A DNA stretch of 64,000 nt from an uncultured Chloroflexia bacterium (GTDB lineage Bacteria; Chloroflexota; Limnocylindria; Limnocylindrales; CSP1-4). The notes under the pieces were generated by a model. That model was not told the origin of the DNA. It made no database searches and worked only from the letters and a program-made list of their open reading frames with translations. This document shows positions 13,389 to 28,699 of this stretch, one piece after another. The DNA lies in assembly GCA_963766685.1 (NCBI GenBank), contig CAVYBJ010000024.1, positions 101,844-165,843 of the forward strand. Reading direction: 5' to 3'. A program made the translations under genes and the position numbers. The stretch's first letter is position 1. Each line of letters begins with the position of its first letter.

Positions 13389-13811
13389 TCAGCCGAGCAG
13401 CGGGCGCAGCACCTGGAAGATGACGACCAGCGCCAGGTACACGATGGGGATGCTGGCGAAGAGGCCGAGCACCGCCGACCAGCCTGACCGTCGGCGCTCC
13501 CCTGCCCTGCCGGTCGGCAGCTCCACCCACAGGTAGGTCAGGAGGCTGCCGCTGACGATGACGACGACCACGTAGATGACGGGGGCCACGGAGGCCCACT
13601 CGGCAGGCAGCACCCCTCGGGTAGCCAGCCAGTCCATGATGAGCAGCACGACGCCGCCGACGCCGGCCACGGCCACGTTGGCCAGCACGGCCCGCACCAC
13701 CGGCGGAGGGGCGTTGCGGGCCTGGCGCCAGCGGATCTCGAGCTCGGAGCGCTGCCTGGCCGGGGGCCGGGGTGGCAGGTCGGGCGTGCCGTCCGTGCCC
13801 GCATCGCTCAC
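13389..13811 (-). CDS. small membrane protein, hypothetical
   Basis: Intact 140-aa ORF with three or four hydrophobic segments. Its GTG start overlaps the upstream stop (GTGA at 13808-13811). Confidence 0.5.
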   Translation of the reverse strand: MSDAGTDGTPDLPPRPPARQRSELEIRWRQARNAPPPVVRAVLANVAVAGVGGVVLLIMDWLATRGVLPAEWASVAPVIYVVVVIVSGSLLTYLWVELPTGRAGERRRSGWSAVLGLFASIPIVYLALVVIFQVLRPLLG

Positions 13812-15052
13812 GCGTCGCCGTCCCGGGGGCCGTGCAGGACGGTCAGCGACGGCCGCCGCGGCAGGTCGGCGGGGGTGTGCGCGGCCAGCTCCGCGACCCG
13901 TGCCACGAAGCGATCGAGCTCGTCCTCGCGGTTCCAGGCCCCGACGCTGACGCGGATGAGGTCGGCCTCTTCGTCCACGTCGGCGATGACCGATGCGCTC
14001 CGCGAGAGCTCCTCGGCAGCCTGCTCAGCGTCCCAGCCGGCGATCCGGAACGCCATCAGGGCCGCGTGGACGGACCGGCCGTTCGCCAGCTCCACGCCGT
14101 GGATGCTCGCGAGGCTCTCGGAGAGGCGCCGCGCCAGGCGACCGGTACGCGCCACCACCCAGGGCAGCTCCACGTACATGAGCAGCCAGCCGACGCTTCG
14201 GGCGAGGGCGAGCAGTGAGCCACGCGCGAAGCCACCGCTGCTGGCTCGCAGGCGGGCCGGCGCGTCCTCGCCCAGTGCCGGCGAGAGCCAGGCCAGCGCC
14301 AGACCCTCCGGTCCCAGCAGCCAGTGCCGGACATCGGCCACCACCGCGTCGGCGGCCAGCTCGACGACGTCGAGCGGCAGGGCGCCGACGCTCAGGCTGG
14401 CGTCCACCACGAGGTGGGCGCCGGCGCGGTGGACCACGGCTGCCACGGCCGCCGGGTCCTGCAGCCCGCCCAGCGGATCGACGTGTGGCATGACCACGAG
14501 CGCCACGTCCGTCCCAAGGATCTGCGGGACGGACGGGAGCCGGTCGACCGCACCGCCGACGGCGCGTGCGACGGACTCCACGGCCGCCGCCACGGGTTCC
14601 GCAAGGCCATCGACCAGGATGACTCGGAGCGGAAGCGGCGGTCCCGGCGGCGGCAGCGGCGGCCGCGGCCCCGACGGCTGCAGCGGTCCCGACGGCTGCG
14701 GCCCGACCTCATCGCCTCGCTCATCGGCGGCCAGCCTCGCCAGGGACTCGAGCGCGATGCCGCGAGTGGCCTCCGCCGCGCCGTGGGCCAGCACGACCTG
14801 CTCGAAGGGCGCCCGGATGGTGGCAGCCACGGCAGCACGCGCCTCCCACTCGCGCTGCTCCAGGTCATCCGCCCGGTCGGGGCCGACGCGCCCGATCCGC
14901 AGCTCCATCTCGTCCGACTCGTGGACGGCGGCCAGCGTCTCCGCCGGCAGCGGCCCGGCCACGTGCGTGGCGAGGTAGATGCCGGCCCCGGTGGCGGTGA
15001 GGACCTGGCGCAGGGCGCGAACGCGTTCGGCGTCCGCCAGGCCGCTGCTCAC
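13808..15052 (-). CDS. class V aminotransferase-fold protein, PLP lysine apparently absent
   Basis: Intact 414-aa ORF with the fold signature HLVVDASLSVGALPLDV..ADAVVADVRHWLLGPEGLALAWL. The consensus xHKWLxGPxG reads RHW here. Confidence 0.7.
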   Translation of the reverse strand: MSSGLADAERVRALRQVLTATGAGIYLATHVAGPLPAETLAAVHESDEMELRIGRVGPDRADDLEQREWEARAAVAATIRAPFEQVVLAHGAAEATRGIALESLARLAADERGDEVGPQPSGPLQPSGPRPPLPPPGPPLPLRVILVDGLAEPVAAAVESVARAVGGAVDRLPSVPQILGTDVALVVMPHVDPLGGLQDPAAVAAVVHRAGAHLVVDASLSVGALPLDVVELAADAVVADVRHWLLGPEGLALAWLSPALGEDAPARLRASSGGFARGSLLALARSVGWLLMYVELPWVVARTGRLARRLSESLASIHGVELANGRSVHAALMAFRIAGWDAEQAAEELSRSASVIADVDEEADLIRVSVGAWNREDELDRFVARVAELAAHTPADLPRRPSLTVLHGPRDGDA

Positions 15053-15122
15053 GGACGGACCGGGCAGCGGATGGCCGACCCACCAGGGCGAACGATCAGG
15101 CGGGACATGACGTCATCATCTC

Positions 15123-16928
15123 TCATGGCTGCCGGGCATCGTGGGTCAGGACGCCCGCACGGCCAGCGACCTGGAGGCGCTCGTGGAGCGCCGCCACCGT
15201 GCTCAGCCGGTCGATCTGGCTGGCCGGCTTGTCGTCACGAAGGCGAACGATGCGCGGGAAGCGCAGCGCGTAGCCGGAGACATGGCGCGCCGAGCGGTGC
15301 ACGACATCGAAGGCGATCTCCACCACCACGGCCGGCTCGACCACGCGGTAGCGCCCGTGCCGGCTGATGGTGTGCCCCTCGAACCAGCGCGTCATCTTCG
15401 CGATCTCAGCGTCGGTGAGCCCCGAGTAGGCCTTGCCGACCGTCACCAGGGCGCCTTCCGCGGCGCCCGGTCGGTCGTCCAGGACAGCGAACGTGTAGTC
15501 GGAGAGCACGCCGTGGCGGCGCCCGTGACCGACCTCCACGCCGACGACGACGCAGTCGAGCGTCGTGAGCGGCTTCTTGAGCTTCAACCAGGCGTAGCCG
15601 CGTCGACCGGGCGCATAGGCCGACTCCGGATCCTTGACCATGAGGCCCTCGTTGCCACGAGCCTGCGCCTCGTCGAAGATGCGAGCCAGCCCAGCGGCGT
15701 CGGCGGCATCCACGAGAGCGGCCAGCCCGAAGCCGGGCGTGCGTTCCAGGCCCAGGGCCTCCAGGCGGGCGCGCCGCTGGCGCAGGGGCAGGAGCAGCAG
15801 CGGCTCGACCAGGCGCGGGAGGGGCATCGTCCGGACGGGCGCTGCTCCCGGGCACGGGCCGTCCGGTCGCCGGCGCCAGCGCCAGCGCATCGAAGGCCAC
15901 GTAGATGACCGGCACCTGCGCCAGGATGGCTGTCCGATGGCGCCTTGCGGCCCAGCCGGGCCTGCAGCTCCAGGAACGGCAGGGCCGCGCCGTCCTGCCA
16001 GGCCAGGATCTCGCCATCGAGGATGCCGTCCCAGGGCAGTGGCTCGGCCGCCCGCACCACCTCCGGGAACTGGCCGGTCACGTCGTTGAGATCGCGGCTG
16101 TAGAGCCGCACCTGCCGGCCCTCCTTGTGGAGCTGGGCGCGGATGCCGTCGTACTTGTCCTCCACCCAGACCGGTGGGCGCATCCGCCGCAGCGCCTCCG
16201 CCTCGTCGGCGACGGGCGAGGCCAGCATCGAGGTGAGGGGATGGAAGAGCGTCAGACGCGCGCTCGCGAGGGCGTCGTGGCGAGCCAGGACGGCGGTACG
16301 GCCGATGTCCCCCGTGAGCATGCCGGCCCAGCGCACCTCGGCCAGGTCGCGCTCGAAGGCGGCCGCGAGGGCCGACTCCAGGTGCCCCGCGCGCAGGCCG
16401 ATGCGCAGCTCGCCGCCCAGGATGGCCACCACGTAGCGCGCCGTCAGCGGGTCGCAGCGCCGCAGCAGCCTGGTCATGACCTCGCGCTTGGCGTCGTTGC
16501 CCCGAGCCGTCGCCACCGCCGCGTAGCCGTCCCGCACGTCCGCCAGGCGCAACGGCGGCGCGTCCTCCGGGGGCTCGTGTCCGGCCTCGGTGAAGACCTC
16601 GCCGACGGCCGTGCCCAGGTCGGAGGAGCGGTCGTAGGCCGCACGGAGCGCGCCCTCGCCCGCTCCGGCGACCTCCTGCACGATGGCCGTGATGGCCACC
16701 CAGCCCAGGCCGGTGGTGCGCTGCTGCCGCTCCGGGAAGGGTCGTCCGGAGAGGAAGACGGTGGCGGTGGCCAGGTCGGCGTCGTCCAGCGTACGCAGGT
16801 AGCCGGCGATCGATGGTCACCTTCTCCGAGGTCCTGGGCGTGGCGCGCACCCGCTCGGCGGTCTCCGCACAGCGCCGCATCGAGTCGGCGGCATCGATGG
16901 CTGCGAGGTCCGTGCCCATGCCGTCCAT
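15123..16928 (-). pseudogene. ATP-dependent DNA ligase (at least 3 frame breaks near 16810, 15935, 15870)
   Basis: Adenylation motif EDKYDGIRAQLH. Also LYSRDLNDVT, DGEILAW, EGLMVKD, WLKLK and an OB-fold tail (VVEIAFDVVHRSARH..RFPRIVRLRDDK), spread over three frames. Confidence 0.85.
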
Positions 16929-17191
16929 GCTGACGACAGCCAGCCTGCGCACGTGACCATGTCGACGCTCCTGGCTGCGCGCCGCACGCCCCGTGCCCCG
17001 AAGCGCACGCGCGCGCCGTAGCGACGTGAGCGTGGCGCGGCGACCGACAGCCACCCTGCGCGGGCACGACGGCCTCTCTGCACGGCGACGCGCGCACGGC
17101 AGCACGCCCGCGCTGAGGGTGTGGCGTGGAGTAGCATCGCTGGCCGATGCTGCTGGTCGACCGCTCGCGCGAATCCTGGCACCCGCCGACC

Positions 17192-17738
17192 ATGGACGGG
17201 CGCGCGCGTCACCCTCCGCCATCACCGGGTCGACGACCTGCCGCACGTCCGCCGCTGGTATCGCGACCAGGAGCTGGCCCGGCTCACGCGCTACTCCGTG
17301 CTGCCCATGACCGACGACGAGGTCGACCGCTTCTTCCACGCCCGTCTCATGTCTCCCGAATCTGTCGCCTACGCCATCGACCTGCGGGAGCCCAGCCGCC
17401 TCGTCGGCCTGACGACCTTCAGCAACCTCGACCCGGACAACGGCAGCGTGCTCTTCCACATCACCATCGGCGAGCCGGACGCCTGGGGCCAGGGCTACGG
17501 CACGGAAGCCACCGGCCTCATGCTGCAGCTGGCCTTCGAGCGCATCGGCCTGCACCGCGTGAGCCTGTCCGTGTTCAGCTTCAACGAGCGGGCCATCCGC
17601 AGCTACCAGAAGTCGGGCTTCCGGCTGGAAGGGCGCGCCCGGGAAGCCATCCTTCGAAACGGCGAGCGGTTCGACGAGCTCAGCATGGGCATCCTGGCGC
17701 AGGAGTGGCGGGCGCGGGCAGTGGACGTGACGCCGTGA
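17192..17738 (+). pseudogene. GNAT-family N-acetyltransferase (RimJ/RimL-like; break just after the start)
   Basis: ORF 17121..17738 carries WGQGYGTEA..FERIGLHRVSLSVFSFNERAIRSYQKSGF. The likely ATG at 17192 is in a neighbouring frame. Confidence 0.7.
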
Positions 17739-18435
17739 GCGGTCCCGCCAGCCGCCGCTTCGAGTACGCCCGGGACACGCTCGAGCTCAGCGACCTCGAT
17801 CCCGATCCTCTCCGGCAGTTCCACGACTGGCTCATGGACGCCGCCGAGGCCGGCCACCTGGAGCCCAACGCCATGACGCTGGCCACGGCCGCGGCCGATG
17901 GCACGCCCTCGGCACGGATCGTGCTGCTGCGCGGCGTGGACGAGCGGGGCTTCACCTGGTACACGAACCAGACGTCGCTGAAGGGCCGCGACCTGGCCGC
18001 GAACCCGCAGGCTGCCCTCGTCTTCCACTGGGAGCGGCTGGAGCGGCAGGTCCGGGTCAGCGGCACCGTCTCCATCGTCCCGGATGACGAGTCAGCCGCC
18101 TACTTCGCCAGCCGGCCGCGCAAGAGCCAGCTGGCGGCGTGGGCCTCGCCGCAGAGCCAGCCACTCGACAGCCGGGTGGAGCTCGTCTCGGCCACGGAGC
18201 ACTACGCCGTCCTCTATCCCGACGCGGTGCCCCGGCCGCCATTCTGGGGCGGCTACCGGTTGCGGCCGCAGTCGATCGAGTTCTGGCAGGGCCGACGCAG
18301 CCGCATGCACGACCGGTTCCTGTACGTGCCCGAGGAGCCGGCGCGGGGACGAGCAGGCGCGAGGCGTGAGCGTGAGCCGATGCGGCGGGCGACGCCGAGA
18401 GCGCTGGCTGGCGCATCGTCCGACTGGCGCCGTAG
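17735..18435 (+). pseudogene. pdxH: pyridoxamine 5'-phosphate oxidase
   Basis: The GTG start overlaps the GNAT stop. Motifs PNAMTLATAAADGTPSARIVLLRGVDERGF, FYTN-like WYTNQTSLKG and IEFWQGRRSRMHDRF. The canonical tail WRIVRLAP-stop is reached after one shift (18320-18376). Confidence 0.85.
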
Positions 18436-18628
18436 CTCGGGTGGCACCGCATGCGGACTGCGGCGGCCCGAGGGCGGGCTGGGGCTCGGATGGCGATACA
18501 TCGAGCGGCGGCCGGCGCTCGGGCGACGGCGACATGCATCGCAGTCGCCCGGCGCCGTGGGCCGGGCGGAATCATCGAGCGCCCGGCGGTGGGCCGGGCG
18601 CTCGATGTGCTTGGGCGACCGAGGGTCG

Positions 18629-19655
18629 TCAGGCGGTGGCGGTGAAGCTCGCCGGCGTGGTCCAGGAGTGCAGCGTCCGGATGTACTGGGCGCGCTCGAA
18701 GGCGCCCGGGTCACCCACCTTGCCCTGGCTGGCGCTGCCGCGCAGCTGGCCGACCGATTGGTACTCGTTCTCGACCATCCAGGCGCGCATCTCCGCTTCG
18801 ACGTCGGCGATCTTGCCGGGTCCGTCCCGCAGGAGCGCGGAGGCCATGGCCACCACGTCCGCCCCGACCATGAGGGCCTTGATGGCGTCCTGGCCGCTGT
18901 GGATGCCGGAGGTGGCGGCGAGGCCGACCTCCGGGCCCAGCTGCGGGCGGAGGATGGCCGTCCAGCGCATGGGCAGGCGCAGCTCCGTGGGGTGGCTGAG
19001 GCTCACCCGCGGCACCACGGCCAGCTCGTCGAGGTCGATGTCCGGCTGGTAGAAGCGGTTGAAGAGCACGAGGCCGTTGGCACCCGCCTCCACGGCCTTG
19101 CCGGCGAAGTTCGCCAGCGCCGTGTAGAAGGGGCTGAGCTTCACGGCCAGGGGCAGGTTGACGGCCGCGCGCACGGCCGCGATGAGCTCGAGGTCTTCCT
19201 CCTCGATGTCCACCGACGTGCGCGTGCGGTCGACGCTGATGCGGTAGAGGTTGAGCTCCAGGGCGTCCGCGCCGGCGTCGGCCATGAGCCGCGCGTAGCG
19301 CACCCAGCCGCCCACCGAGTTGGCATTGAGGCTGGCGATGACCGGGATCTGCGCCTTGCGCCTTGATGCGCTCGAGGGTGCGCAGGTAGCGGTCGCCTTC
19401 GCCGATGAAGGTCTCCACCTCCGGGAAGTAGTCGAGCGCCTCGGCGAAGCCCTCGGACCCCGCCTCGAGGGAGTTCGACAGCTCGATCTCCTCGTTCTCG
19501 ATCTCCTCCTCGAAGAGCGAGGGCATGACGATGGCACCGGCCCCGGCGGCCTCGATGCGTGGCCGCCATGTCCGGGTCGCGGGTGAGCGGCGAGGCGGCC
19601 GCGATGACGGGCGATCGCAGTGGCAGCCCCAGGTATCGGGTGCTCAGATCGACGG

Positions 19656-19659
<4 letters not shown>
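18629..19659 (-). pseudogene. dihydroorotate dehydrogenase-like flavoprotein (breaks near 19565 and 19350)
   Basis: Contains YLGLPLRSPVIAAASPLT, PVIASLN, ALELNLY, LPLAVKLSP, NGLVLFNR and GLAATSGIHSGQDAIKALMVGADVV. The GTG start overlaps the nifJ stop. Confidence 0.8.
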
Positions 19660-23299
<3,640 letters not shown>

Positions 23300-23543
23300 G
23301 TGCCGGGCCTCCTTGCAGTGCTTGCCTTGCGTCACCCGGTCTCATGGGTGGAGTCGGGTCAGGGTGGATCCCGCGGCCAAGGGGGCGGCCGCGGGGCTCC
23401 CACAGTGTGCGCAGCGGCTGGACCGGCCGTCAGGGCCATCAGGCCCCCCGTGGGGCGGGTGAGCAGTCACGTCGTGGAGGGCCGCGGCGCGCTAGGCTTG
23501 CGGCATACGAACCGCGGATGCGCGGCGGATGAGGAGGACAGGC

Positions 23544-24666
23544 ATGCCACGTTCGATCCTGCGCGCACTGCTTCTGGCGTGCGCCACGCTCCTGCTCGGC
23601 GCCCTGCCGGCGCTGGCCCAGTCCGAGGAGCAGACGCTCCCCGGCCCGCGCGACGGCAGCGTCATGGTGGGCATCCAGAACGACGTGGCGCTGGCCGCCG
23701 GCGAGGAGACCGACGCCGTCTTCGTCGTGCAGGGCACGGCGCGCATCGAGGGCGCCGCGAAGGCCCTGGTGGCCGTCGATTCGGACGTCACCATCAGCGG
23801 TGCCGGCGCGTCCGTGGACAGCGTCCTCGTCATCGGCGGCACGCTGGACCTGGCCGACGGAGCGACGGTCAAGGACCTCGCCTACGCGGGCACCACGCCG
23901 ACGATCGCACCGACGGCGACCGTCACGGGCAAGATCACGAACATCGAGTCGGACTTCGCTGACTTCGCCGCCTTCCTCGCTCGCGGCGCTGGCGGTCATC
24001 GCCTTCTTCGTCTTCATCGGCTGGCTGCTGGCGGTGCTCATCTCAGCCCTGCTGCTGGTCGCCTTCGGGACGGACCAGGCACGGCGGGCGGCCGCCAACA
24101 TCGGCGGAGACGTGCTCAAGACCCTGGTCGTCGGCCTGCTCATGCTCATCGTGCCCTGGATCGTCATCGGCCTCCTGGCCGTCACCATCGTGGGCATCCC
24201 GCTGGCCATCGGCCTGGCCTTCATGTGGGGCTTCATCGCCTTCCTGGGCTACCTCGTGGTGGGCCTCTGGATCGGCGAGCGGATCCTGTCGCGCAGCCGC
24301 ACGGGCAGCGCGACCCTACGGCGCCGCCGTCCTGGGCGTGCTCATCCTGATGCTCGTGAGCTGGATCCCGTTCGTCTCGACGATCGCCGCTGTGGTTCGG
24401 CCTGGGAGCGGTCACGCTGGCCGGCTGGCGCACGCTGCGTGCCGGCGGCACGCCACCCCAGGCAGACGGATGGGGCGGCCCCGCCGGACAGACCTGGCCG
24501 GTGCCTCCACCCTACGGACAGCCCGTCTACGGCCAGCCGCCGTACGGCCAGCCGGGCTATGGCCAGCCGGGCTATGGCCAGCCGCCGCTACGCACCGCCC
24601 CCGCCGCCGCAGGGCTACTGGCCGCCCCAGCAGGGTGGCCCGCCGGCCGGCTGGCCACAGGGCTGA
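23544..24666 (+). pseudogene. exported beta-helix (bactofilin-like) domain plus multi-TM region plus C-terminal YGQP repeat protein (at least 3 breaks)
   Basis: GAGGAGGA lies 5-6 nt before ATG 23544. Signal peptide ..ALPALA. The degenerate repeat stretch VVQGTARIEG..VTISGAGASVDSVLVIGGTLDLADGATV is followed by four hydrophobic segments and then PPYGQPVYGQPPYGQPGYGQPGYGQP. Confidence 0.5.
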
Positions 24667-24705
24667 CGAGCCCGGCCTCCTGGGCTGACGAGGCGGGCTC
24701 GGCCG

Positions 24706-25633
24706 TCAGCCGACCCGCCTCCCGAGGCCCGCGGCGTCCACGATGATGGGCCGCAGGCCCTGCCGCAGGAACCAGGTCTCGCGACCCAGGAGCCGCTCCA
24801 GGTCGAGCAGCCGCAGCGTCGTCGTGGGCGCCTCGAGCAGCGCCTGGCGTGAGGCCAGGTCGACCTGGACGAGGGCCGTCAGGACGTAGGAGAGCGCCGT
24901 CGGGTCGTCGGTGGCCAGGAGGCGTCGTGCCGCCGCCATGAGCAGCTCGCGTCGCTGCTCCGGCGTCAGGTCGGCGGCGTCCCCTGCCGCGAGGAGCGGC
25001 TCGTCGAGGTCGAAGGGCAGCGACCCGTCCGCTCGGGCCAGGGCCTCGCCAGCGCCGCCCTGACCTCCGACGTCCGCGGCCCATGCGTCGTGCGACCGGT
25101 CGGGCGGGGCGGCCGTCGGCGTTGCCGGTCCCGGCATCGGGGTCGTCCACCTCGATCTCGAACTCGATCTCGATCTCCGGCCCCTCGTCATCGCCAAGCG
25201 GCTGGAGCAGGCGGAGGTACTCCAGGAACCGCTGGCCCACCCGCTCGGCGTGGCGCTGCGCCACGTCCGGGGAGCCCACGGGCTCATCGAGGATGCTGAC
25301 CCGTCCCACGAGGTAGGGCTCGGAGACGGTGTCGACGGCCTCCAGCTGGAAGCGCTGCTGGCCGACCGTGAGGATGTCGAAGCGACCGTCCGGGTAGCGG
25401 CCGGCGCGACGGATGGCCGCCGTGGTGCCGACCTGCGCGATGGCACCACTCAACGGGCCGACCTCGCGCCCGCTCCGGAGCAGCACCACCCCGAAGGGCT
25501 CGCCGCGCGCGAGGCAGCGATCGACCATGCGGCGATAGCGCTCCTCGAAGATGTGGAGCGGCAGCGCCACGCCCGGGCAGAGCACGGAGCGCAGGGGGAA
25601 GAGCGGGATCCTCGTCACGCCACCATCATCCAC
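24706..25633 (-). pseudogene. LON N-terminal (substrate-binding) domain protein (break near 25110)
   Basis: Contains IPLFPLRSVLCPGVALPLHIFEERYRRMV..GVVLL..VGTTAAI..DGRFDILTVGQQRF, with the C-terminal half in ORF 24706..25449. Confidence 0.7.
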
Positions 25634-25727
25634 CCCGGCGATCAGCCTCGCACCCGGCCGGCGGGCTCCCCGTGCACGGGCGCGCCCGACCGCGGCGATC
25701 CGCGTCAGCCGGGAGGACGCCCCGGCG

Positions 25728-26150
25728 TCAGTGCCCGCAGGCGCCGGGCGAGCCGGCCGACTCGGCGGTGCGGAAGCTGCTGCCGCAGCCGCAGCCGGCC
25801 ACGGCGTTGGGGTTGTTGACCGTGAAGCCAGCGCCCATGAGCGTGTCCACGTAGTCGATCTGCGAGCCCTGCAGCAGGGCCGTGGACTGCGGGTCCACGT
25901 AGACGTTGATGCCGGAGGACCGGACCTTCACGTCCTCCGCCGTCGGCTGGTCCTCGAGCATCATGCCGTAGCGATACCCGCTGCAGCCGCCGCTGTAGAC
26001 GTAGACGCGCAGGCCGATGTTGGGGTCCGCCTCCGCGCGGGTCAGCTCGGTGAGCTTGGCGACCGCGGCATCGGTCAGCGTCACGAGTGGCGTGGCCTCC
26101 GGCTCGAGCGTCGGGATGGGCTGGACGGCTGACTGCTGCGGCTCGATCAT
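25728..26150 (-). CDS. erpA: iron-sulfur cluster insertion protein, HesB/IscA/ErpA family
   Basis: Intact 140-aa ORF with LRVYVYSGGCSGYRYGM and a C-terminal CGCGSSF. GGAGG lies 9 nt upstream of the ATG. Confidence 0.85.
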   Translation of the reverse strand: MIEPQQSAVQPIPTLEPEATPLVTLTDAAVAKLTELTRAEADPNIGLRVYVYSGGCSGYRYGMMLEDQPTAEDVKVRSSGINVYVDPQSTALLQGSQIDYVDTLMGAGFTVNNPNAVAGCGCGSSFRTAESAGSPGACGH

Positions 26151-26210
26151 CGAGTCGGGACCTCCGGAGTCGACTGGGTGGCTGCCGGCGCGAGGAGCGC
26201 CGCGACCTAA

Positions 26211-26239
26211 ATCCTACGTCCGCGCTAAGGATTAGGCAA
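26211..26239 (-). promoter_or_regulatory. candidate sigma-70-type promoter for erpA, embedded in an AT-richer bulged inverted repeat
   Basis: Minus strand reads TTGCCT-17 nt-TAGGAT, about 60 nt upstream of the erpA ATG. It overlaps the inverted repeat CCTAAATCCT..AAGGATTAGG. Confidence 0.3.
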
Positions 26240-26304
26240 GGGCGCCAGGACGGCGCGCTCCGCCGGTCAGGCCCGAGCGCATCTCCCGCAGGTCCCCCTG
26301 GCAG

Positions 26305-26483
26305 CCCGACGCGTTCCTCCAGCGGGAACGCCAGCGGCCTGACGGGGCGCGCCAGCCACTCCCCGGAACTCTTGACGTCCGACGCGTTCCTCCAGCGGGA
26401 ACGCCAGCGGCCTGACGGGGCGCGCCAGCCACTCCCCGGCGCGTCCGCGGCCATTCGTACCCCTTGCGGGAACGCCAGCGGCA
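26305..26483. repeat. tandem direct repeat: two identical ~62-bp units (period 73 bp) plus a third partial core
   Basis: CCGACGCGTTCCTCCAGCGGGAACGCCAGCGGCCTGACGGGGCGCGCCAGCCACTCCCCGG occurs at 26306-26366 and again at 26379-26439. The core GCGGGAACGCCAGCGGC recurs at 26466-26482. Confidence 0.85.
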
Positions 26484-26570
26484 CGAAGCGCGGCGAAGCA
26501 CGCAGCGCACGGGACGCAGGGTGGCTCGCCCAGACGCCGAGGCACCGCGCGCGGATGGATCGACCGCGCT

Positions 26571-26629
26571 GCGCACCGGGAGTTCGACGGCCCGCGCCGC
26601 GCACCGGGACGATTGGGACGGCCCGCGCC
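26571..26629. repeat. imperfect tandem repeat (28 and 31 bp) upstream of the CAP-domain gene
   Basis: GCGCACCGGGA-(4 or 7 nt)-GACGGCCCGCGCC occurs twice, back to back. Confidence 0.6.
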
Positions 26630-26670
26630 GTACCCCGGGGTGATGGGTCGGCGCGTCCGGGAGGACCAAT

Positions 26671-27328
26671 GTGCGGCGCATGTCGAGCGTCGCGGCGCGT
26701 CGCACCATCCTGCCAGGCCTGCTGGCGGTGGTCATCTGCCTCGTGAGCGCGGGCCAGGTCGCCTTCGCCGGGAGTCCCGTCGAGGGGCCGCGGCTCCGCA
26801 CCGCCGGTGACGGGGTGCCGACCGACCAGGGTCCAGAGATGCTCCTGCCGCAGCGCGACACGGACGCTGAGCTGCTCGCCCTGCGACTGCTCAACTGCAC
26901 GCGCACGGGCGGCTGGGTGCGCGTCGACGGCACCTGCAAGGGACGCGCCACGGGCACCTACTCGCCGTTCCTGCCGCCGCTCCGCCTGCACGACGGCATC
27001 AGCAGCCTGGTGTCGTTCGGCTGGGCCAGCGAGCTGCTGAAGGCCAAGGTCTGCGGCCACGTCATCCCGGGCCAGCCGGTCCTCCAGGTGCGCCTCGCGA
27101 CCGCCGGCTTCCTGGACGCCTCCTTCGGCGAGAACGTGGGCTGCTGGTGGAGCGACATGCCGGCGCGCCAGGTCGTCATCACGGTCCATCGCCTCATGCA
27201 GGCCGAGAAGCCCTACGACGGCGGGCACTGGCAGCAACATGAAGAACCCCGGGTACCGCAGCGTGGGCATCGGCGTCGCCACGGTGGCGGGCCGGACCAC
27301 CGTCGTCTTCGACTTCTACGGCGGCTGA
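26671..27328 (+). pseudogene. secreted CAP/SCP-domain protein (break near 27235)
   Basis: GGGAGGA lies 5 nt before the GTG at 26671. Signal peptide ..AGQVAFA. The C-terminal GHWQ..MKNPGYRSVGIGVA..VVFDFYGG is restored after one shift. Confidence 0.6.
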
Positions 27329-27351
27329 CGGGTCGCCCGGTCGCCGCTGGG

Positions 27352-28600
<1,249 letters not shown>

Positions 28601-28699
28601 GCGCCCGATGCTAGCGCGCACGGGACGGCCCGCGGCGGCGGGACGCGGGACGGCGCCGCGGCGGCGGGACGCGGCACGGCGCCGCGGAGGCGGCCGCGG

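Noticed and set aside
14630-14720. Short tandem duplication CCCGACGGCTGC(A/G)GC x2 inside the aminotransferase-like gene
   Set aside because: It is in frame and encodes the Pro/Gly-rich linker GPQPSGPLQPSGP. There is no evidence of any function beyond a low-complexity insertion.
24480-24666. DNA-level tandem repeat or VNTR (CCGTACGGCCAGCC-type units)
   Set aside because: It is the coding sequence of the YGQP low-complexity tail of the membrane protein. It is better described at the protein level.
26305-26483. Possible CRISPR array, because identical repeats occur in an intergenic region
   Set aside because: There are only two full copies plus one partial core. The units are about 62 bp with an 11-bp gap, which is not the 25-40-bp repeat and similar-sized spacer pattern of a CRISPR array. 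No cas genes are present in the window.
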